A stretch of DNA of 64,000 bases from an uncultured Verrucomicrobiae bacterium (GCA_963772365.1 CAVYXA010000003.1:608001-672000), one strand, 5' to 3'; positions 45,221 through 58,060 are shown, counted from the first letter of the stretch. The notes: generated by a model from the letters alone, not told the origin. Made by a program: numbers and translations.

Positions 45221-45323
45221 TCAGGCACCCTTCCACTTGCAAGGAATTCAGCGGCATTCTACCCGCGTTGGCAGGATCGACAAGCGTTTGTAGAACTGGC
45301 TGAATTCTGCAACCGGCGACCGA

Positions 45324-46677
45324 TCAACCCAGTTTCCTGAGGCGATCCGCCACCTCCTCAGCATTGGAACGACTGTTGAATGCGGAGATGCGGAAGTAGC
45401 CTTCACCTTGCGCACCGAAACCGCTGCCCGGACTGATGATCACGTTTAATTCCTTCAACATTCTGTCGAACATTTGCCAGCTGGTCACGCCCTCCGGAGT
45501 TTTTACCCAGATGTAAGGAGCATTTACACCGCCGAAAACGTCGAGATCTGCTTCGGCTGCGCCTCGCCGCAGGATCTTCGCGTTGCCCATGTAATGATCG
45601 ATGAGCTTCCGCACCTGCTGGCGACCTTCCGTCGAATACAGCGCCTCCGCGCCTCGTTGGACCGGATAACTCACACTGTTCGATTTCGTGCTCCAACGAC
45701 GGTTCCAAAGTGCGATGTAGCGGAAGACGGCGCCCGTTTTCTGTTCGGGCCAGCAACGATTTCGGCATTACGGTAAACCCGCACCGCACCCCAGTGAATC
45801 CGCCGTTCTTGGAAAAACTGCGAAACTCCACTGCGCATTCGCGCGCGCCGGGAATTTCAAAAATCGAATGCGGAATATTCCCCTCACTGCCTCGCCGCGG
45901 CGAGTGCGTCTCTCCCTGGGGGAGAGAGATTTCGCCAGCCGGCGCCACAGCGCCTTTTCTCTCCTCTCCCTGGCCAGGGAGAGGATTAAGGTGAGGGTCA
46001 TCCTGAATGTACGCTTCGTAAGCGGCGTCGAACAGAATGATCGCGTCATGTGCGCGGGCATACTCCACCCATTTCGCCAGCTGCTCACGCGTTGCCACAG
46101 CTCCGGTCGGATTATTCGGAAAACAGAGGTAAACAAGATCGACATGTTCCTTTGGCGGCGCGGGGACAAAACCGTTTTCAGCCGTTGCCTGCAAATAAAT
46201 GAGGCCTTCGTAACTTCCATCCTCGCGCACCGGTCCAGTGTGGCCCGTCATCACGTTGGTATCGACATAGACGGGATAAACCGGATCGGTGATTGCGATT
46301 TTGTTCTGATCGCCAAGAACATCGAGAATGTGACCGCAATCCGGCTTCGAGCCGTCAGACACGAAAATCTCGTCATCGGCGATGTCGATGTTGTGGTCTC
46401 GGTAGTCATGCTGCGCAATTGTCGATCTTAGAAATTCGTAACCCTGCTCCGGGCCATAACCGCGAAACGTCTCGCGATTCCCCAGTTCTTCGACCGCGCG
46501 TTTCATCGCTTCGATCGCAGCGCGCGGCAACGGTTCCGTCACATCGCCGATGCCGCACCGGATCAGCCTTTTCGCTGCATCCGGATTCTTCGCGCAGAAT
46601 TCATTCACGCGCCGTGCGATTTCGGGAAACAAATAGCCGGCCTGAAGCTTGAGATAATTTTCATTCAGATACGCCAT
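45324..46677 (-). CDS. dapL: LL-diaminopimelate aminotransferase (frameshift near 45700; 39-aa internal insert)
   Basis: [50 protein letters not shown]. Confidence 0.93.
45881..45997. repeat. 117-nt palindromic element in frame inside dapL
   Basis: ccctcac...gtgaggg termini; hairpins tctctccctgggggagaga and tcctctccctggccagggagagga. Confidence 0.8.
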
Positions 46678-46731
46678 CGAAGGTGGAGTATTGAAGTGCT
46701 GGAGTATTGGAGCAACGGAAAATCCGCCGGG

Positions 46732-48214
46732 CTATGGAGCTCTTTTTGCCCACAGGGTGTAGGCTGTTCCTTCGAGTTGGTCAATCGCAACTGGCTGAAA
46801 GTTCTGGCGCAATAGTCCGCGGTCGAAAACCGGCGTCGGCACAAATCCGTGCACCTGCATGACGTAATTGGTTTGGCCGGTCTCTTGGCGGATCGACGCA
46901 GGCAATTCGGCCGGCCAATCCCCATTTACTGTATGCGCATCGAGCTCGAAAAAAAGCGAGCGGCCGATATATCCCGATCCTCGATAGGCAATCGTCGGGT
47001 CCTCTGGCGAGATGGCCTTCCAGTAACGGGCAACGGCGACGGCGGCGTTGTACTTTTTCATCGCCATGATGCGCGGAGAGAAGCGCTTCGACCTGATTGA
47101 ATTGAAGAAAGAAAGAAAGAAGAACCACCAGACTGACAAGCGTAGAAGCAAGAGCCGCTCGCTGGATGGAAAATGAGCTCAACCAATCGGCTACGACATC
47201 AAGCCGCGTGACGAGCAGGGCCGTCATCGCGAGATAAGCGAAAAGGAACGAATTGTAAGAGCCGCCGCTCTTGCAAATTATCCAGATGGATGTGGGGATG
47301 AACACAATTAGTGCTGCCAAGATCCAGCGCTCGCGGCTATCGATCGGACGGCGCTTCGAAAGCAGCGCCAACAGCGCGACGAAAAAAAGCGGAAAGGTCG
47401 CGAACAGATAGAGGGTTGCCGGCGGAATGCGTTCCGGATGGACCTTTATCGAAGCTGGAACTGTGATCATGCCTCGAAACAACTCTGGCGAAAACCATCC
47501 GATCCCGGCAATAGCAACGAAAATCGAGATCACTGGAACAAACGACTTTAACAGATCTCGGAGGATTCGTGGTCTCTGCCACATCAAAGCGTAAGCAATC
47601 GGAATCAGCGCAAAGGCGGCCGCAGTTTGTTTGAAAAACATGGCACCGACAAAGGCGAGAATCGCGACGACAGAATATCCCGTAATCCAAAAGTAAATAG
47701 CGGCGACACCCAAGAGAGCCGCAACCCCATCGGACTGTGCGGAGAGAAACATCAGGTTGGTGCGAAAATTAATTCCGAGAAATAAAAGCAAAGCGAACCA
47801 GAGCCACGATTTACCGCGATTGAAAATTGCGGCCAGAAAGATCGCCAGACCGCACGACAGGATCGACATCGCGATTCGCGCTGCGATAAGGTTTAAACCC
47901 GCGAAACGAAAAACGCCGGCCAGGAGGACCGTCAGCAGTGGCCCGTACATGTGAGTAGCATGCTCGCTTTCATAAACGGGCAGACCGGCGTTAAGGCGGA
48001 CTGCTTCCATCGCGATGGCGGGCTCCCAGGGGTTGATCGCTAGGGTCTCGCTCAGACGAATTGCCGCGGCGATCAATGTTGCCACGCCCAAAACAACCGC
48101 AACGATCAGTAATGGCAGGCGTGCCGGGAAAGGAAGTGAATCACGAGAGGCCTTCCATTCTGTCGGCGGTCTGCAATCCTCGCATGACTGCGGAAAGATT
48201 TTCGCGACGATCAC
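46732..48214 (-). CDS. polytopic membrane protein, GT-C/ArnT-like (frameshift; start uncertain)
   Basis: HMYGPL, many TMs, FFKQT motif. Confidence 0.55.
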
Positions 48215-48228
48215 AGACCGCCGCTACA
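48161..48228. repeat. degenerate GTAG-type REP doublet
   Basis: tgtcggcggtctg ... cgacgatcacagaccgccgctaca. Confidence 0.65.
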
Positions 48229-48246
48229 GCAGAAGGCGTACTTGTA

Positions 48247-48846
48247 TCAGTAATTCTTGGCTACCGCGTCCCAGTTCACCACGTTCCACCAAGCTTTGAT
48301 GTAATCAGGCCGGCGGTTCTGGTAATTGAGATAGTAGGCGTGCTCCCAAACATCGAGACCGAAAATTGGCCTATTGCCGTCCATCAGTGGGCTGTCCTGG
48401 TTAGGCGTCGAAGTCACTTCCAGTTTGCCTGACTTGTTTTTGATCAACCAGGCCCAACCGCTGCCGAACCGGCCCGCGCCGGCCGCGGCGAATTTTTCCT
48501 TGAACGCATCGAAGCTGCCAAAGGCAGATTTGATATCGTCAGCCAGTTTGCCTTTTGGTTCGCCGCCGGCGTTCGGCCCCATGATTTTCCAGAAAAAGGA
48601 ATGATTGGCGTGCCCGCCGCCATTATTCCGGACCACGGTGCGAATGTCTTCCGGCACCGAATTCAAATCGCGAATCAAATCCTCGACCGATTTCTTTTCC
48701 AGATCGGGTTTGCCTTTGATCGCGTTGTTCACGTTGTTGATGTAAGCTTGGTGATGTTTGGTGTGATGGATTTCCATCGTGCGCGCATCGATGTGCGGTT
48801 CCAGAGCGTCGTAGGGATAGGGTAATTTCGGTAATTCGTAAGCCAT
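48247..48846 (-). CDS. sodA: Fe/Mn superoxide dismutase (Mn-type signature)
   Basis: [23 protein letters not shown]. Confidence 0.93.
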   Translation of the reverse strand: MAYELPKLPYPYDALEPHIDARTMEIHHTKHHQAYINNVNNAIKGKPDLEKKSVEDLIRDLNSVPEDIRTVVRNNGGGHANHSFFWKIMGPNAGGEPKGKLADDIKSAFGSFDAFKEKFAAAGAGRFGSGWAWLIKNKSGKLEVTSTPNQDSPLMDGNRPIFGLDVWEHAYYLNYQNRRPDYIKAWWNVVNWDAVAKNY

Positions 48847-48935
48847 AATCTTTACTGTTAGATCGCTTTACACCGATGAACAGGATTTATTTTTCGCTCC
48901 TGCACGTTCGTCCATTTTTGCCCGGAGAACCGAAC

Positions 48936-50228
48936 TTACTCGTAACGCAGCGCTTTCACCGGATCGAGTCGGGCGGCGAAGTATGCGGGAATCAATGCAG
49001 CCAATGCGCAAATTAAGAACGCGCTGATACAAACCTTCGCGACGTCGCCCGGCACCACTTCCGCCGGGATCTTGCTGAATTCGTAAATATCTGCCGGAAA
49101 AATTTGAATATGAAGAACATTGGCTAGCCATTCCTTAAATTCATTCCGGTAACGGATCAGCGTCATTCCCAGGGCGAGCCCGATTGCGTTTCCAAATAAT
49201 CCAACCAGCAATCCCTGGGAAAGAAAAACCCAGACGATCTGCCAGGTGCCGGCCCCGAGGGCTTTGATAATCCCGATCTCTCGCCGTTTTTGCACTGTGA
49301 CCGTGATCAACGTGTTCATAATGCTGAACGCCGCGATCACGATCAGGAACATCAAAATGATGAACATCACGTTGCGCTCGACTCGAATGGCGTCGAACCG
49401 ATCTTTATTACGATCGATCCAGGTCTCCGCCGTGACCGGCGCGGGCAGAATCTCATTCAGCTGTCGCTTGATTACTTCCGCGCGATAGGGGTCGTTCGTT
49501 TCAACCGAGATGCCGTGGATTTCGTCGCCCAGCGAATAAAGCTCCTGACCGATGTGCAGCGGAACGAAAACGATGTTGAAATCGTAATCGAACCGGCCGG
49601 ACTCGAAAATGCCGGTCACAGTCAGGTCGGCGGGAAGGACGACTTCGTTTTGCAGGTCGGCCAGGGTCTTGGATTTGGCTTCGGGATCGTTCTGCGAGCG
49701 CTTTAGTTCCTCGATAATCGACCGGATATTGCCGGCGGCGTAGATTGTAATTTTATCGCCGACCCGAACTCCGAGCGCATTTGCCAGCCTCATGCCGACG
49801 AGCGCGCTGTCGCCGGAAAGGTCGGCGTTGCCGAGTTTCACCAGCTTTTTTAGATCGACAATTTTTTCTTCCTGGGCTGGATCGATGCCTCGGATCACCG
49901 GCGTCAGAATTCGGCCCTCGTGATCGGCGATGACCGGCCCCTGGACGAACGGCGCGGAAGCGATCACGCCCGGCACATTGTCGATCTTCTTGTTAAGGGG
50001 GCGCCAATCGTCGAGCAGACCGCCGCTCGTCACCACGATGTGCGGCTCGAACCCGAGGACTTTTCGCTGCAATTCGTTATCGAATCCGGTCATAACGGAA
50101 ATGACAACGATGAGCACGGTGATTCCGAGCATGACGCCGATGACGGAGATCAAGGTGATGATGGAAATGAACGTGCGCTTCGGTTTGAGATAACGCAGCG
50201 CCAGAAAAAGACTAAACGGCAGTTTCAA
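48936..50228 (-). CDS. LolC/E family lipoprotein-releasing ABC permease
   Basis: LALRYL, SVMTGF, KRREIGIIKALGA, DPVKALRYE. Confidence 0.9.
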   Translation of the reverse strand: MKLPFSLFLALRYLKPKRTFISIITLISVIGVMLGITVLIVVISVMTGFDNELQRKVLGFEPHIVVTSGGLLDDWRPLNKKIDNVPGVIASAPFVQGPVIADHEGRILTPVIRGIDPAQEEKIVDLKKLVKLGNADLSGDSALVGMRLANALGVRVGDKITIYAAGNIRSIIEELKRSQNDPEAKSKTLADLQNEVVLPADLTVTGIFESGRFDYDFNIVFVPLHIGQELYSLGDEIHGISVETNDPYRAEVIKRQLNEILPAPVTAETWIDRNKDRFDAIRVERNVMFIILMFLIVIAAFSIMNTLITVTVQKRREIGIIKALGAGTWQIVWVFLSQGLLVGLFGNAIGLALGMTLIRYRNEFKEWLANVLHIQIFPADIYEFSKIPAEVVPGDVAKVCISAFLICALAALIPAYFAARLDPVKALRYE

Positions 50229-50324
50229 AACAAAAGGTTTTTACAAAAGAAAACGGAGGAAAGAAAGGAGATGCGCAGGGCTTTGTTTCCTTCGTTGTCT
50301 GGCGTGGAGGTAGTCATTGGAATT

Positions 50325-50699
50325 TTATTTCAGCGCGTGCGCCTTTAGTTCTTCCAGTGTGACAAACTCGAGCGCGGATGAATGCGTCGCCTCAAGATCG
50401 ACAAGGGCGGCGCGATTGTGATCGAGCGCGGCTTTCCAACGCGTCACACAGACGCACCATTTATCGCCCGGCTTTAATCCAGGAAAACCCCACTCCGGAT
50501 GCGGAGTGACCAGGTCGTTGCCATCCAGGACTGAGAAATCCAAAAACTCGCGGGTGACTTGCACGCAAACCGTGTGCTGGCCGATGTCTTCCGGCCCGGT
50601 GCGACAAAAGCCATCCCGATAAAATCCAGTCATCGGATCGCGGCAGCAGCATTTCAACTCCCTTCCGAGAACGTTCGTAGGCATGGGGGATGGTAGCAT
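50325..50699 (-). CDS. DUF2237 family protein
   Basis: NVLG, PMTGFYRDGFC, FPGLKPGDKWC. Confidence 0.9.
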   Translation of the reverse strand: MLPSPMPTNVLGRELKCCCRDPMTGFYRDGFCRTGPEDIGQHTVCVQVTREFLDFSVLDGNDLVTPHPEWGFPGLKPGDKWCVCVTRWKAALDHNRAALVDLEATHSSALEFVTLEELKAHALK

Positions 50700-50764
50700 G
50701 AGAGAATCGCCGCGCCATTCGTTGTCATTTGCGTTCGGGAAGCTGTTCCGGTAGCCTCAGCGGC

Positions 50765-51653
50765 ATGGCAAAATCCGGTCTCGGTAAAGGTCTCGGCGCG
50801 CTGATCGCGCCGCGACCGGCGCCTGCTACCCGCGGGGAGATCGACATGGATTCGCGGGAAAAAATCCATGAAGTGAGTCTCGCCAGCATTGTGCCGAGTC
50901 CTTTGCAGCCGCGAAAGGATTTTGGCCAGGAAGCCTTGCAGGAATTAGTCGATTCGATCCGACAACATGGAATTATTCAGCCACTCATTGTGCGTCAGAC
51001 GGGCGGGCCGGCTGGAACTGATCGCCGGTGAACGACGGTGGCGCGCGGCCCAGGAGCTGGGTCTCAGGAATGTGCCGGTAATCATCCGCAGCGCTTCCGA
51101 CTTGGAAGTGCTCGAGCTTTCGCTCATCGAAAATTTGCAGCGGGCGGATTTGAATCCGATCGAGGAAGCGCAAGGTTACGCGCGTTTGGCTGGCGAATTC
51201 GGAATGCGGCAGGAGGACATTGCAGTGAAAGTCGGCCGGAGTCGGGCAGCTGTGGCAAATTCCATGCGGCTACTCGACTTGCATCCGCAAATCCAAATCT
51301 GGGTTACGCAGAACTTGCTTTCTGTCGGGCATGCGAAGGTGTTGCTTGGCTTGAAAGCGCCGGATGAGCAGCTGTTGACGGCCGAAACCGTGTTGCGTCG
51401 CAATGCCACGGTCCGTGCGACGGAGCGCCTAGTGGCACGCCAGCTTGGAATTGTTCGTTCTCGAAAAAAACGGGTGACACCGGCAACGTCAAGCTCGGCT
51501 ACCATGGAAGAGTTGCGAGAACGGCTGCAGCAACATCTCGGAACGCACGTCGCAATTCGGCACGGCGAAAAGCGGGGTCGAATCGAGATTGAGTATTACG
51601 GAGACGATGATCTCCAGCGGGTCGTTACTGCAATCGGATTACCCGAGTTGTAG
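50765..51653 (+). CDS. parB: ParB/Spo0J partition protein (frameshift near 51005)
   Basis: GLGKGLGALI, QPRKDF, GIIQPL / LIAGERRWRAA, ENLQRADL. Confidence 0.9.
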
Positions 51654-51739
51654 GGTCTGTGTCAGATGCCTATATCACGATGGACAAGATTGCGGGGGAT
51701 TCGTGCCAGGGGTCAAAGAAGAGGAAGGTGTTTCACCGA

Positions 51740-52632
51740 AATGCCCCGCAATGGTTACTCGCTCTGCGTTGATTTCCTGCCGGCACACTGAATCGAGTTC
51801 CGCAGCGGAAGCGAAGATTTGGGAGCAATTTTCCGGCGAAAACGCGTTCAATCATGTTCAACATCTGGTCGAGCTGGGTCCGCGGCCTTCGGGATCGGAA
51901 GCGCTCGAGAAATCGCGGGTGTACATCGACAATCAACTTCGCGCGCTGGGCTGGAAGGTGGAGCGGCAGGAATTCAGTGATGACACGCCGCGCGGTAAGG
52001 TCCGATTTGTAAACTTGATCGCGCGGTTCGGAGACAGCGAACCGAAAACACCGCGATTTCTTTTGTGTTCGCATTATGACACGAAAATTTTCGATGCAAT
52101 CAGGTTCGTAGGCGCGAACGATGGCGGTTCGAGCACTGGTCTGTTATTGGAAATGGCGCGAGTGCTGCCAAAGGATCCACAGCTGGCATAGAGGATCGAG
52201 CTGGTCTTTTTCGACGGGGAAGAGGCGTTTGAAAATTACTCGGACACTGATGGTTTTTTTGGCAGCCGATATTTTGCGCAACAGATCAAGCCGAACGCGA
52301 AACAATTTCGCGGTGGAATTTTGTTCGATATGGTTGGTGATCTTTCCCTGGATATCACGATGCCGCCCGATTCACCCGCGCAAATGGCGCAGGATATTTT
52401 TGCTTCGGCGGAAGCGCTCAAAGTCCGCAGTCATTTCACCTACTCCAGCTTTGAAATCTCGGACGATCACACGCAGCTAAATGCCATTGGCATTCCGACG
52501 ATTGATCTGATCGACTTCGATTATCCTCCGTGGCACACTGTCGAGGATACCATCGACAAGATAAGTCCGCAGAGCCTGCAAATTGTCGGATCGGTGGCCG
52601 CCTATTACCTGGTAAAGTTTGCCCTGAAGTAA
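51740..52632 (+). CDS. M28 family peptidase / glutaminyl cyclase-like (in-frame TAG at 52189; start uncertain)
   Basis: GPRPSGS, SHYDT, GANDGGS, FFDGEE, DMVG, DDH, WHT. Confidence 0.8.
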
Positions 52633-52643
52633 TTGGAATGAGA

Positions 52644-52678
52644 CCCTCCCATCAATGCTATCCCTAGCAGGGAGAGGG
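52644..52678. repeat. degenerate CCCTC...GGGAGAGGG arm, family of the dapL insert
   Basis: ccctcccatcaatgctatccctagcagggagaggg resembles ccctcaccttaatcctctccctggccagggagagg. Confidence 0.5.
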
Positions 52679-52721
52679 AAACATAAGCCGCGGCTGACGC
52701 GCACCAAGTCAGGAGTTCTCT

Positions 52722-52812
52722 TGTCCTGTTGAGCGAAGCGAAACATCTCCGATCATTCTCCGACCGGCACGTATGGAAATGATGTGAGATCCTTCGTTTC
52801 GCTCAGGATGAG
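52722..52812. repeat. GTCA-family palindromic doublet (divergent)
   Basis: tgtcctgttgagcgaagcgaaacatctc ... gagatccttcgtttcgctcaggatga. Confidence 0.7.
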
Positions 52813-53025
52813 AGTAGTGAACGTGCCTTAATCAGGTTGAAAAGCCTGGCAAGGTGCTAGTGAGGGCTGGGGGAAACCTCTTATCGAAGCAGAGGCAACG
52901 GATCACGGCTGACACTCACGAGCCTATCCGATCTTGAAAATCATAAACTTCGGCATTGCTTGGAAGAGTTTTTGCCTCCAGTCTGTTCGGATGCATAATT
53001 GCGTTGGAAGGAAAGTTTGGGCCAT

Positions 53026-54220
53026 ATGTCTCATCGAACGCGAAAAAGTGTAGGGTGTGGTTGGTCTCGGCATCATGGGAGCCGGGTCACAGAGAACCTG
53101 CGCAAAAAAGGATTTCATGTCTTCGTTTGGAACCGGACGCCGCGGCCGGTGCCCAATTTTGTCGGCTCGCCATCGGAGATCGCGGAGATGTGCGATTTCA
53201 TTCAGATCTTTGTCTCGGATGACGAGGCGCTGCTGGAAGTGTGCCGCCAACTCTCTCCCGTGTTACCCCGCGCCATATCGTGCTCGCGTCATTCCACGGT
53301 TTCTCCCACACCATGCGAGAGCTGCCAAGATGGTCGAGCGAGCGGGCGGCCGTTTTATCGACGCGCCATTTACCGGCAGCAAAGACGCGGCGGCGCAGGG
53401 CAAGCTCCTGTTTTACGTCGGCGGCGATGAAAAAGTGGTCAAGGAGGCGCAGCCAATTTTCGATGTAAATGGAGAGATCATTTTGATTGGGGAAATCGGT
53501 CAGGCCACTGCAATTAAGATCGCCACGAACATGATCACGGCAGCAACTGTGCAGGCTGCCGCAGAAGCGCTGGCCTTAATTTACACGGCAGGATTACCGC
53601 TCGAAAAACTGGCTGAAGCCATGCGCGGCAACGCGACCTATTCGAAAACTCTCGCGATGAAACTCCCGAAAATGACGGAAACGAATTTTGAGCCGCACTT
53701 CTCGATTAAACACATGCTGAAAGATATCCAAATCGCCACGCGGCTGGCTTCATCGGGTAATTTACCGCTGAGTGTGACGACGGCCACGCGCGACCGGCTT
53801 CTCGAGCAAATGCAACACGGACGCGGCGACGAAGATTACTCCGCCGTGGCCAGGAAATATTTTGCCGATATGCGCCCACCTCCTCAGGAGGAGCCGCCGT
53901 TGGAATTGATTCAGGAATCGGTTAACGAGCCTGCGCCAGCTCCGAACGAGATCTCTTCTGTAAGGGCGCCACAGGAGGAAGCGGCAGCCACTTTTGTCTC
54001 CATTATTCAAGAAACTGTTCCGCAAGAATCGATCACGGCAGTGGAAACTCCGGCACCGATTCCGGAGTTCACTCCGTTTCCCGCTTTCGTGGAGAATCAC
54101 GAGCCTGAGTCTGAAAAACCAGATACCGAGAGTGAGAAATCGGAGGCAGCGGGGGATCCGAGCGAACACCCGATGCGCGATTTTTTGAATCGCTTGCTGC
54201 ACCGCGAGCGGGATTACTAG
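53026..54220 (+). CDS. 3-hydroxyisobutyrate dehydrogenase family oxidoreductase with acidic Pro-rich tail (frameshifts)
   Basis: VGLGIMG, VWNRT, DAPFTGS, KIATN, HMLKD. Confidence 0.8.
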
Positions 54221-54275
54221 ACCGCCGCGCACGGCCAGATCAGGATGGCATCACTGCCACAGACCGGGCGAAAGC

Positions 54276-55149
54276 TTGATGTTCGACCTGTCTGCGCGGC
54301 TGAAGCTTCGTCTGACTGGCGCAGACCGTATTCGTTTTCTCAACGGTCAAATTACAAACGATGTCCGCAAAGTGACCGAATCGACTGGGATCGAGGCCTG
54401 CATTTTGAACGCAAAAGGAAAAATGAACGCGCATGTTTTCATCAGCGCCGGGCCGGACTGTTTTTACCTCGATGTCGATGCCGGGCTGACCGAGACGCTG
54501 CCAGCCAGGCTCGAACGTTATGTGATTGCTGATGACGTTGTGATCGAAGATGTCAGCGAACGATTTTCGATCCTGCACTTTTTGTCCGCGTCTGGGCCGA
54601 AACTGCAAGGAGATTGCCGCGTCATCTCGATGCGACGTTTTCTCGAGCCCGGTTGGGACATTTGGCATGATCCAGCACAGAAGGATTCCATTTTAAAGCA
54701 AGTAACCAGGACGTTTGAGATTGTCGATCCTACCGCTGGCGGAAGTGCTTCGCATCGAGCAGGGGATACCACGTTGGGGCCGCGAATTGACCGAGGAGAT
54801 CATTCCGATCGAAGCAAACCTGGAAGCTCGCACGGTGGATTACGAAAAGGGTTGCTACATCGGGCAGGAGGTGATTTCGCGAATCAAGATGTCCGGGTCA
54901 GACGAATAAACGCTTATGCGGTTTGGTTTCGGAGGATGACGTCGCGCTGTCTCCCGGCATGAAATTAATGCGCAGGCGGAAAGAAGTGGGATGGATTACC
55001 AGTGTGCACGAGGAGTGATCGCCTGGGAAAAACTATTGCGCTCGGGTACATGAAGCGCGGTTTTAATGACGAGGCGAACTAAACTGGATGCGACCGAGCG
55101 AACAGCCTGCAAGCGTTTCAGTTAAATTGTCCAGCTGCCTTTCGAATAG
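54276..55149 (+). CDS. YgfZ/GcvT family folate-binding protein (frameshifts)
   Basis: FLNGQITNDV, LNAKGK, KGCYIGQE, IALGY. Confidence 0.85.
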
Positions 55150-55226
55150 ATGCGCGGAGATTTTTCGTGTTGCCTTTTATAAAGCGTCATCTCCGTATAA
55201 AGTCCGCCCATGGCACTTTTCAACCT

Positions 55227-55869
55227 ATGAATCAACGATTACTCTCAGAAATTGGCCGCACGCAACGGCTGGAAATTCTTAACTCGCTCAAACGGACCAA
55301 GGGAATGTCCGTGAATGAGTTAGTGGCGAAGATGGGGATGAGTTACATGGGGATCAAACAACATTGCGTCACGCTCGAGCGAGACGGTTATCTCGATACC
55401 TGGCGGCGTCCTCAAAAAATGGGGCGACCGGAAATGGTGTATCGCCTTACCCGGCGCAGTCACGATTTGTTCCAGAGCGATAGCAACCAGTTCACGCTCG
55501 AATTGTTGAAATCGCTCCAGGAGATTTACGGCACCAAATGCTCCGGAGAAACTTCTCTACAATGTCTTCGAAAGAAAGACCGCGGGCTTGAAAGAAAAGG
55601 TGAAAGGCGAGACCGTGGTGGACCGCGCGAAATGGCTCGCCCGCGTTCGTGATGGGGAAGGGTACATGGCGCAGTTTGTCACGGGCGAAAAGGAAACGGC
55701 GCCGCACATTCTGGAATGTCACTCACCGATCATGAATTTGCTCGACAGCTACCCGATTATCGGCCGTCTCGAAGAAAACATGTTCGAAGCGATACTGGGC
55801 GGACGGGTGCGTCGCCAGGAAAGTCGCCACTCCGGGTTGTACGAGTGCGCGTTTTATTTCACCGCCTGA
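55227..55869 (+). CDS. winged-HTH transcriptional regulator, SufR-like (frameshift)
   Basis: IKQHCVTLERDGYL...GRP..VYRLT; GYMA, CHSP, terminal C. Confidence 0.75.
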
Positions 55870-56040
55870 CGAAAGTTTCTCGAACGAGGGCAGCACGATT
55901 CAGAAGGAAAGGGATCGGCAGTTTGGTGCGGACCCATTGCCTCCACTGCGGCCATCAAACCGCGGGATCCGCTAAGTCGTTGTTAACCCGAAGCCTTTTT
56001 CCACTATCGCCTTCGTCGAATTTCAGTTGATTGATAGTCC

Positions 56041-58013
56041 ATGCTTCGGGCTTTTCCTTCTGTCGTCATCGAGAAATTGCAGCCGCTAGTCGATGGCGGC
56101 CGTTACTCGATAAAGCGCACCGTGGGATGAAGATCTCGCCGTTGAGGCGGACATACTTCCGGGATGGTCACGACGTCGTCGCCGCCGTTTTGAAGTGGCG
56201 GATTCTTGGGGGAAACTCACTGGCAGGAAACGCCGATGGCGCACGTCGATAACGATCTCTGGCGCGGGGTTTGCACGTTTTATCACAAACGATCCACGAA
56301 TACACCATTGAGGCTTGGACGGATCGGTTTCGCGGATGGCAGCGCGAATTCGCCAAGAAATTCGAGGCAGGGATTTCCGCGCTGTCGAGCGAAGCGATGG
56401 AAGGATCAGGTTTGCTGGAGGACGCATGCGGAACGCGCAACTGATCCGGCTGACGGAATCAGGTTGCGCGAATTCTCCGAGCAAATCCGCACCGCTGATA
56501 ACGATCAAATCAATGAGATCGCCCACTTGGGCGAACTGGAAGTTCTGATGGCGACCTATCCGGACCGCACCGACGCCAGTCAATATGCCCCGCGCCGCGT
56601 GTGATTGTCGATCGGCCGGCGGCCCGGTTTGGCGCCTGGTATGAATTTTTTCCGCGCTCGGCCGAAGGCAAAGGAGATGGTTCATCCACATTTCGTGATT
56701 GTTTGCCGCGGATCGACTACGCCAAAGCGATGGGATTCGATGTAATCTATTTTCCGCCAATTCATCCGATCGGTCATACGAATCGAAAAGGTCGAAACAA
56801 TTCCGTAACATCTGAACCGGGCGATCCAGGAGTTCCCTGGGCGATTGGCAGCGACGCGGGCGGACATAAATCGATAGAACCTTCGCTGGGGACACTTGAG
56901 GATTTCGACTGGCTGGTGGGCGAAATTCGACAGCGCGGGATGGAACTCGCGCTCGATTACGCGATCAATTGTTCGCCCGATCATCCATACGTCTGGCAAC
57001 ATCCGGAATGGTTCTACAAGCGGCCGGACGGATCGATTAAATACGCCGAGAATCCGCCGAAAAAATACGAGGACATTTATCCAATCAATTTTCGGTGTCC
57101 TAACTGGCGAGATCTTTGGGAAGAAATGGTGAGTATTGTCCTGTTTTGGGCGCAGCATGGTGTGCGAATTTTCAGGGTCGATAATCCTCACACCAAGCCG
57201 ATCGCCTTTTGGGAATACTTGATTGTGAAAGTGCGCGCGCAATATCCGGACGTGCTTTTTTTGTCGGAAGCGTTCACGCGGCCCAAGGTGATGCAATCGC
57301 TGGCTAAGGCTGGATTCACCCAGAGCTACACTTATTTCACTTGGCGAAATTCAAAGCGCGAGCTGACCGAATACGGCACCGAACTCACCCAGACCGACAT
57401 GCGCGATTATTTTCGTGGAAACTTTTGGACGAACACGCCTGACATCTTGCCGTTCGTGTTGCAGGAAGGCGGTCGTCCTGCGTTCGTGCTTCGGGCTGTG
57501 CTCGCTGCGACCATGTCGAGCCTGTGGGGCATTTACAGCGGATATGAGCTTTGCGAGAATGAAGCGCTCCCCGGGCGCGAAGAATATCTCGATTCGGAGA
57601 AATACCAATTCAAAGAGCGCGATTGGAATGCGCCGGGCAACATTAAGGATTGGATCACGCGCATTAATGAAATCCGCAGGCAAAATCACGCGCTTCATTT
57701 TTACGATAACCTGCGCTTCTATCACGCCGACAACGAGGCGATCCTTTTCTACGGGAAAATGACGCCGGCCCGCGACAACATCATTCTTGTGGTGGTGAAC
57801 CTGGATCCTTTTCGAAAACAGAATTCCTATGTCGATGTTCCGATCGATCAATTCGGCGAAATGCAAGGTGACACCTATCAGGTGCACGATCTCTTGAGCG
57901 ACGCGCGTTATGTCTGGCACGGGCGCCGGAATTATGTCGAGCTCGATCCCGAAATTCAGCCGGCCCATATCTTTCGTGTGCGTCGCTGGGCTGGCGGTGA
58001 TCGATATGTTTAA
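56041..58013 (+). CDS. glgE: alpha-1,4-glucan:maltose-1-phosphate maltosyltransferase (5' part frameshifted)
   Basis: WYEFFPRS, PPIHPIG, ENPPKKYEDIYP, FRVDNPHTKP, FLSEAFT. Confidence 0.93.
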
Positions 58014-58060
58014 GTCGTTTGCTCTTTTCCTCCAGCTTGTCGCGGAATAAAGTCGCCGCG

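Noticed and set aside
52820..52925. Possible SAM-I riboswitch (ctcttatc...)
   Set aside because: Core elements are not in the required order and the downstream gene is unrelated to SAM metabolism.
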